From Patescibacteria group bacterium (GTDB lineage: Bacteria; Patescibacteriota; Microgenomatia; UBA8517), in contig JBBRBD010000006.1 in assembly GCA_038206135.1 (NCBI GenBank), positions 1 to 62,774 of the forward strand: 62,774 bases of DNA. Reading direction: 5' to 3'. The stretch's first letter is position 1. Each line of letters starts with the position of its first letter. The notes under the pieces were generated by a model. That model made no database searches. It worked only from the letters and a program-made list of their open reading frames with translations, and was not told where the DNA came from. The position numbers and the translations under genes were made by a program. Positions 57,172-62,774 of the stretch are shown here, piece after piece.

Positions 57172-57247
57172 GGGCCGTTAGCTCACTTGGTAGAGCGTAC
57201 GCATGGCATGCGTAAGGTAGCCGGTTCGATCCCGGCACGGTCCACCA
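57172..57247 (+). tRNA. tRNA-Ala(GGC)
   Basis: Canonical cloverleaf, G3-U70, TACGC-ATGGCAT-GCGTA, encoded CCA. Confidence 0.95.
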
Positions 57248-57265
57248 ATTTGATAGAATATTTAA

Positions 57266-57478
57266 ATGAATGATATAAAAAAGGAAAGTGTAATCCAAAA
57301 AGTCAAAGATGGATTTTGGCGGGGACTGGGGACTGCTATTGGCCTCACCATTGGCTTTGCCATTGTTTCCACACTTCTTATCAATCTCATTCGCCTCGGC
57401 GGTGGATTACCAATCGTTGGCAACTTCTTCGCTTCAATTGTAGACGTAACTCAAGTCTCACTTGAAAGGCGCAACTAG
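57266..57478 (+). CDS. DUF5665-like small membrane protein
   Basis: FWRGLGTAIG...LPIVGNF pattern. Confidence 0.65.
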   Translation: MNDIKKESVIQKVKDGFWRGLGTAIGLTIGFAIVSTLLINLIRLGGGLPIVGNFFASIVDVTQVSLERRN

Positions 57479-57500
57479 ATTAACTATTCTTAACATAACA

Positions 57501-58277
57501 ATGTTTCTTCATTCACTTCTGATTTGTAGTGTAGTCGTTTTTATTTTCGTATCAATTTATTATTTAATTTCACTGGTTACTCATAAAAACAGCGTCGCTG
57601 ACATCGCCTGGGGAATGGGGTTTCCCTTAATTGCATATACCTGTCTAGTGATAAATGGACTCGGTTCACCAACACAACTATTGGTATCGCTTTTAGTTCT
57701 TTTGTGGGGTGTCAGACTTTCAACTCACATCTACAGTAGGAATAGAGGAAAGGGTGAAGACTTTAGATATGCTGAATGGAAAAAGCAGTGGGGAAAACAG
57801 TGGAAACTTAAAAGTTATCTACAAGTATTTCTCCTCCAAGGGATACTCATGCTTTTAGTTGCATTTCCTGTCATTTTTACAAACACATATAGTGCTTCAA
57901 CACTCAGTGTGTTTGTGAGAATGGGTACACTTTTGTGGATCATTGGTTTTTATTTTGAAGCCTTAGGCGACTGGCAACTCATGAGGTTTAAAAACATTCC
58001 TCTAAACAAAGGAAAAGTGATGAAAACCGGTCTGTGGAAATATACAAGACACCCGAACTATTTTGGGGAAGCATGTATGTGGTGGGGGATATATGTAATA
58101 ACTCTATCAAATCTCAGTGGATGGTGGACCTTTGTCGGACCACTGTTTATTACCTTCTCACTTCTGAAAGTCTCAGGTGTCACTCTTTTAGAGAAAAAAT
58201 ACAATGGAAACCGTGAATATCAAGAGTATCAAAAGAGTACCTCAAGCTTCATTCCTTGGTTCCCCCAAAAAAGTTGA
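57501..58277 (+). CDS. DUF1295 (steroid 5-alpha-reductase-like) membrane protein
   Basis: ADIAWG, WGVRLS, EDFRY, GLWKYTRHPNYFGE. Confidence 0.9.
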   Translation: MFLHSLLICSVVVFIFVSIYYLISLVTHKNSVADIAWGMGFPLIAYTCLVINGLGSPTQLLVSLLVLLWGVRLSTHIYSRNRGKGEDFRYAEWKKQWGKQWKLKSYLQVFLLQGILMLLVAFPVIFTNTYSASTLSVFVRMGTLLWIIGFYFEALGDWQLMRFKNIPLNKGKVMKTGLWKYTRHPNYFGEACMWWGIYVITLSNLSGWWTFVGPLFITFSLLKVSGVTLLEKKYNGNREYQEYQKSTSSFIPWFPQKS

Positions 58278-58334
58278 CTCATTAGGTGAAGTGTCCTATA
58301 ATTTGAACGGTTAAATTAAATCTGGAGGTAGATT

Positions 58335-58544
58335 GTGTTAAATAAACAGGCACCAATACCTGGAGAGTATGGGTACGATAAAAGGCACCCATTTTATGAA
58401 TCCATTGTGCTACTTCGAAAACAACTCGAACTAGCTATCAAACTGAACGAAATACCGGTTGGACAAGAATCAGCGTTTCGAGCAGATCTGTCTGCTTTCA
58501 CCCATTGGCGCTCACATAAAAACGATAACAGATATATCATTTGA
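58335..58544 (+). CDS. Small hypothetical protein
   Basis: GGAGG SD, GTG start; terminator at ~58556-58597. Confidence 0.6.
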   Translation: MLNKQAPIPGEYGYDKRHPFYESIVLLRKQLELAIKLNEIPVGQESAFRADLSAFTHWRSHKNDNRYII

Positions 58545-58619
58545 TACCAGAACATTAGGGGCAGCTTTTTTTTCCAGCCGCCCCTACTTTTTTTATATGA
58601 ACAGCCTTATAATTGCCTC

Positions 58620-60389
58620 ATGGATAAAAAATCTTCAGAATATTTAGAACACTTACAGCATTCAACTGCTCATCTTTTGGCGGCTGCAGTTCAAGAGCTC
58701 TATCCAAATTCGAAACGAACTATTGGCCCCTCAATTGAAAACGGATTTTATTTTGACTTTGATTTTCAAGGGGTTAAGGTTTCAGAAGATGACTTTCCAA
58801 CGATAGAAGCAAAAATGAAAGAAATCATAAAAACTTGGAAAGGATTTGAAAAACAAGAAGTTTCTAAAGAAGAAGCAGTAAAAGAATATCACCAAAATGA
58901 ATATAAGTTAGAACTTATTGAAGAATTTGCAACAGAGGGACAAACATTAACTCTCTATAAATCAGGAGAATATTCAGATCTTTGTCGTGGGGGACACGTC
59001 GAGCATCCAAATTCTGAAATTAAACACTTTAAACTGTTATCAATTGCAGGGGCTTACTGGAGAGGAAACGAAAAAAACAAAATGTTGACTAGAATTTATG
59101 GAACCGTTTTCCCTACAAAAGTAGAACTTGATGAGCACTTAAATCAACTCGAAGAGGCAAAAAAGAGGGATCACAAGAAGCTTGGTAAAGAACTTGACCT
59201 TTTTGTGTTCTCAGACGTAGTTGGAAAGGGTTTACCCTTGTGGACTCCGCGGGGCGCAACGGTTCGACGAGAACTTGAGCGTTTTATTGTAGATGAAGAG
59301 CTTAGACGCGGATACTTGCATGTATATACTCCAGACATCGCAAATCTCGCTTTGTATCAAAAAAGCGGGCATTACCCTTATTACAAAGATTCTATGTATA
59401 ACCCGATTACGATTGATGACGAACAGTACATGCTTCGCCCTATGACATGCCCTCACCACTTTGAGCTCTATCTATCTCGTCCACATAGCTACAAAGAGCT
59501 TCCAATGCGTATTGCAGAGCTTTCGAAGCTATATAGATATGAACAATCGGGGGAATTAGCGGGACTTTTGAGAGTAAGAAGCTTCTGCTTGGCCGACGCA
59601 CACATTATTACGCCGAAAGAGCAGGCTAAAATGGAAGTAAAAGGTGCCTTAGACTTAATACAGTATATTGCTGGCGTTTTTGGACTTAAACCAGGAGATG
59701 ACTACCGATATCGATTGTCCTTGGGAGATAGAAGTGATGACAAGAAGTACTTTAAAGACGACAAAAGCTGGGATCACGCAGAGCAAACCTTGAGAGAAGT
59801 ATTAAAAGAGCAAGATGTGCCATTTTTCGAATCTGCTGGCGAAGCTGCTTTTTACGGACCAAAAATTGATATTCAGATGAAAAATGTGAATGGCAAGGAA
59901 GAAACCGCGTTCACCGTACAATATGATTTCGTAATGCCAGCCAGGTTTAAACTTACCTTTACAAATGAATCAGGTGAAGCTGAGGAGCCAGTCGTAATTC
60001 ATCGCTCATCAGTAGGTGCAATTGAGCGATTGATGGCATTTCTTATAGAACATTTCGCTGGAAGTTTCCCCGTATGGCTTTCTCCTATTCAAGTCAAAGT
60101 ATTGCCAATTTCAGACAAACACGCCGAATATGCAAAAGAAGTTCAAAAACAGCTCTCAGAAGCTCATATCAGAGCCGAAGTAGACAGTCGATCTGAAACA
60201 CTCGGCGCAAAAATTCGAGATGGAGAAATGGAAAAAACTCCATATCTCTTAGTCGTTGGAGACAGGGAAACTGAAGAGCAAACAGTTTCTCCAAGAATTC
60301 GCACTAAAGGAAACCAGCCAAGCATTAAACTTACAGAATTTATAGACTTTATAACCGAAAAAGTGGCCTCAAAATCACTTGAAGTTTGA
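58620..60389 (+). CDS. thrS: Threonine--tRNA ligase (no N-terminal TGS domain)
   Basis: HSTAHLLA, DLCRGGH, RDHKKLG, RPMTCPHH, FYGPKID. Confidence 0.97.
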   Translation: MDKKSSEYLEHLQHSTAHLLAAAVQELYPNSKRTIGPSIENGFYFDFDFQGVKVSEDDFPTIEAKMKEIIKTWKGFEKQEVSKEEAVKEYHQNEYKLELIEEFATEGQTLTLYKSGEYSDLCRGGHVEHPNSEIKHFKLLSIAGAYWRGNEKNKMLTRIYGTVFPTKVELDEHLNQLEEAKKRDHKKLGKELDLFVFSDVVGKGLPLWTPRGATVRRELERFIVDEELRRGYLHVYTPDIANLALYQKSGHYPYYKDSMYNPITIDDEQYMLRPMTCPHHFELYLSRPHSYKELPMRIAELSKLYRYEQSGELAGLLRVRSFCLADAHIITPKEQAKMEVKGALDLIQYIAGVFGLKPGDDYRYRLSLGDRSDDKKYFKDDKSWDHAEQTLREVLKEQDVPFFESAGEAAFYGPKIDIQMKNVNGKEETAFTVQYDFVMPARFKLTFTNESGEAEEPVVIHRSSVGAIERLMAFLIEHFAGSFPVWLSPIQVKVLPISDKHAEYAKEVQKQLSEAHIRAEVDSRSETLGAKIRDGEMEKTPYLLVVGDRETEEQTVSPRIRTKGNQPSIKLTEFIDFITEKVASKSLEV

Positions 60390-60431
60390 ATTCTTGAAAA
60401 AGTCCCGTTAAACTGATATCATTACCTGCCT

Positions 60432-61007
60432 TTGAATAAGAAGCTAAATGTAAGAATAAATGGAGAGATCCGCGCACCTGAAGTGCGTGTTTTGTCTGAG
60501 GAGGGAAAACAAGTAGGGGTCATGAAGATTGGAGAAGCCCTTGCACATGCCGAGAACTTACACGTAGATCTTATTGAGATAGTACCGAATGCAACTCCGC
60601 CAGTTGTCAAAGCTATTGAAATTGGTAAATTTAAATACCAGGAGGAAAAGAAAGCTCGGGAAATAGCCAAGAAGAGTAAAGGAGGGGAAGTCAAAGAATT
60701 ACATTTTAGCCCATTTATTGGACAGGGTGACTTTGATACGAGAACTAGGAGAATCGACGAATTTTTGAATGACAGCAATAAAATTCGACTCGTGGTAGTA
60801 TTCAACAACAAGCAAATGGGTGCAAAGGAGCATGGATACACGGTGTTAAACCGAGTAAAGGCTCAGTTTGCAGATAGAATTATCGTTGACATGGAACCAA
60901 AGTTCTTTGGAAAACACCTTTCTATGGTGATTTCACCGTATAAAAAGAAAACAAAGAAGATAGTAGAAGAAATAACAATTACAAATGCCGAAAGTAAAAA
61001 CGAATAA
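60432..61007 (+). CDS. infC: Translation initiation factor IF-3
   Basis: INGEIRAPEVRV, DLIEIVPNATPPV; TTG start. Confidence 0.93.
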   Translation: MNKKLNVRINGEIRAPEVRVLSEEGKQVGVMKIGEALAHAENLHVDLIEIVPNATPPVVKAIEIGKFKYQEEKKAREIAKKSKGGEVKELHFSPFIGQGDFDTRTRRIDEFLNDSNKIRLVVVFNNKQMGAKEHGYTVLNRVKAQFADRIIVDMEPKFFGKHLSMVISPYKKKTKKIVEEITITNAESKNE

Positions 61008-61227
61008 ATCAATTTCAAAACGTTTCCGAGTTACAAAAAACGGGAAAGTATTGCGTGGACAAAACTTTAATAGACATTTGAGCGTTAGAAAATCAAGTAA
61101 ACGAAAACGAGCACTTTCTGGTACAGTACTAACAAAGGAAACATTTGCAAAGAAAATTCGAAAAGCTCTTGGCATTAAAAAGCCAACTGCACAAAAAAAG
61201 ACAAGAAGAACAAACTTAACTAAATAA
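60985..61227 (+). CDS. rpmI: 50S ribosomal protein L35
   Basis: MPKVKTNKSISKRFRVT, HL...KSSKRKR. Confidence 0.93.
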   Translation: MPKVKTNKSISKRFRVTKNGKVLRGQNFNRHLSVRKSSKRKRALSGTVLTKETFAKKIRKALGIKKPTAQKKTRRTNLTK

Positions 61228-61228
61228 C

Positions 61229-61564
61229 ATGCGTGTAAAATCAATTGCCAGCCGAAAACATAAAAAAATCCGAGAAGCTACAAAGGGCTTTCGTAATGCT
61301 GCACGTCGACGAATTGTCGTTGGAAAGCAAGCTATTATGCATGCTGGACAATATGCGTATATTGGTCGAAGACTTAAAAAGCGAGATTTGAAATCACTTT
61401 GGATTATTCGTCTTGGGGCTGCAGCAAAAGAAAACAACACCAGTTATTCTGTTATGATCCATAACCTTAAAAAAGCAAATATTGAGCTCGATCGTAAAGT
61501 TCTTTCAGATATTGCTATCAAAGATAATGCCACATTCAAGAAAATCCTGGCATCTATTGTTTAA
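61229..61564 (+). CDS. rplT: 50S ribosomal protein L20
   Basis: MRVK, KGF, YAYIGRR, LWIIRL, LDRKVLSDIA. Confidence 0.95.
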   Translation: MRVKSIASRKHKKIREATKGFRNAARRRIVVGKQAIMHAGQYAYIGRRLKKRDLKSLWIIRLGAAAKENNTSYSVMIHNLKKANIELDRKVLSDIAIKDNATFKKILASIV

Positions 61565-61586
61565 TTCATAAGGAGTACAAGGACTC

Positions 61587-61766
61587 ATGTTCAAAGCGTT
61601 AATAGAACAGCTGAAGACCATGGAAAAACTTCAAGTAGCCGATTTTCAGAGATATACTACGGCAATGAAAAAGTCGAATTCTGCAGACACAAAAACATTA
61701 ATCTATATTCTCAGAAGTAGAGGCATGGCAATGGTGAAGTTTCGAGCATACATTCTGAATATCTGA
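61587..61766 (+). CDS. 59-aa hypothetical protein (below ORF-track cutoff)
   Basis: AAGGAG upstream; MFKALIEQLKTMEKLQ...; terminator at ~61787-61815. Confidence 0.55.
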   Translation: MFKALIEQLKTMEKLQVADFQRYTTAMKKSNSADTKTLIYILRSRGMAMVKFRAYILNI

Positions 61767-61898
61767 CCATATAAAAAAACTTGTTGAACTCCCCAAATGT
61801 GGGAGTTTTTCTTTTCCTTAAATTTACTTAAGATTCAGAAAACGGGAAGTGCATGAACTTGGGGGAGCACACAGTATTCTTTATTACGAGAATATTAT

Positions 61899-62261
61899 TT
61901 ACTTTCGTAAAATATTTTCCATCTCTTTTCCTTTTGCCAACTCGTCGATCAATTTGTCCAAATAACGAACTGCTTGCACAGTTGGATCCTCAATATCTTC
62001 TACCCTTACACCACAAATCACACCCTTAATTAAAAATCGTGAAGGATTAAGTTTAGGCGCTTTGGCAAAAAAGGTTTCAAAGTTTGTCTCTTTCGAAAGC
62101 TTAACTAACTCTTTCTCACTATAACCGGTAAGCCAACAAATAATTTCATCCACTTCAGCTTTTGTACGTCCTTTTTTCTCAGCTTTGGCAACATAATATG
62201 GATAGACACCTGCAAACGTCATTGTATAAATTCTCTGTTTTGTTTTGGTATCATCTTTCAT
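61899..62261 (-). CDS. DUF2200 family protein
   Basis: [38 protein letters not shown]. Confidence 0.9.
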   Translation of the reverse strand: MKDDTKTKQRIYTMTFAGVYPYYVAKAEKKGRTKAEVDEIICWLTGYSEKELVKLSKETNFETFFAKAPKLNPSRFLIKGVICGVRVEDIEDPTVQAVRYLDKLIDELAKGKEMENILRK

Positions 62262-62389
62262 ATCTTGTTATTATATCAAGAATATTTGAACCTTAACTTA
62301 AAGTAAGTTTATAAAGGGCACTTTTTAAAAGCATTCATTTAGTTTGGAAAAATTCAAGTAACTTCAATAAAAAAATCTGGTATGCAATT

Positions 62390-62774
62390 TCAATTGCTTT
62401 TTATTTGATGAAGCTTCTTGAGTAGAGGAGGAATAAAACTTCGAGGAACAAACCGAACCAGGTTCACCATGATTTTATTTCGAATTCCAGGGATTACAAT
62501 TTGTTTACCTTTAATAAGTCCTGCATATCCAACTTCTGCAACTGCTGCCGGATCCATAAGACGGTTTTTAAACAAATAAGTATTTTGTAAGTTAGCTCGC
62601 TTTGCAAAATTTGTTTTTGTCGGGCCTGGACACAATGCAGTAACAGTGACTCCAGTGCCTTTCAGCTCTTCTGATAATGCTTCTGAGAAAGAAAGAACAT
62701 ACGACTTTGTTGCATAATAGACAGCCATCAGTGGGCCCGGAACAAAAGCTGCAATAGAAGCTACATTTAAAATC
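62390..62774 (-). CDS. Short-chain dehydrogenase/reductase, N-terminus beyond window end
   Basis: YYATK catalytic YxxxK, ALCPGPT; frame open to the window edge. Confidence 0.9.
   Translation of the reverse strand, partial: ILNVASIAAFVPGPLMAVYYATKSYVLSFSEALSEELKGTGVTVTALCPGPTKTNFAKRANLQNTYLFKNRLMDPAAVAEVGYAGLIKGKQIVIPGIRNKIMVNLVRFVPRSFIPPLLKKLHQIKSN

Noticed and set aside
4263-61440. Numerous antisense or alternate-frame ORFs in the track (e.g. 4686..5144, 5637..6251, 21018..21416, 25099..25599, 60422..60841)
   Set aside because: Shadow ORFs fully inside confidently assigned genes, with no initiation signals or recognisable motifs

Overview
A 62.8 kb chromosomal segment from a small-genome, AT-rich bacterium, most likely Patescibacteria/CPR (Microgenomates-like). 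This assignment is inferred from a trigger factor without a PPIase domain, a ThrRS without the N-terminal TGS domain, DUF5660/DUF5665-like proteins and pervasive leaderless-type starts. The code is standard and TGA is used as stop. The core backbone carries dnaE, rplS, ruvC, holA, a PMM/PGM-PGI/PMI-ppsA-eno-gpmI sugar-phosphate cluster, pepF, dinB, tig, thrS-infC-rpmI-rplT and canonical tRNA-Cys/Val/Ala. It is interrupted by many single-gene, Shine-Dalgarno-led accessory units with their own terminators. A ~6.7 kb integrated island (collapsed ParB::serine-recombinase fusion plus a kinase/HAD/GT2/GT2/APH-kinase/ChbG cluster) sits between two tRNA-like genes with aberrant anticodon arms. The best candidate for an undescribed system is a three-gene operon at 48855-51606: a divergent class I LysRS-like catalytic domain, a GT4 glycosyltransferase and a PIG-L deacetylase. 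This mirrors MshA/MshB/MshC logic, and the operon sits behind a leader-peptide attenuator. Other notable items are a ~200-nt orphan structured ncRNA (53314-53537), a 41-aa Cys/His-rich microprotein beside an Nramp-like transporter, a tandem array of paralogous small membrane proteins, and a one-gene unit whose predicted transcript ends are complementary. All family assignments come from motif recognition by eye; no database searches were run.
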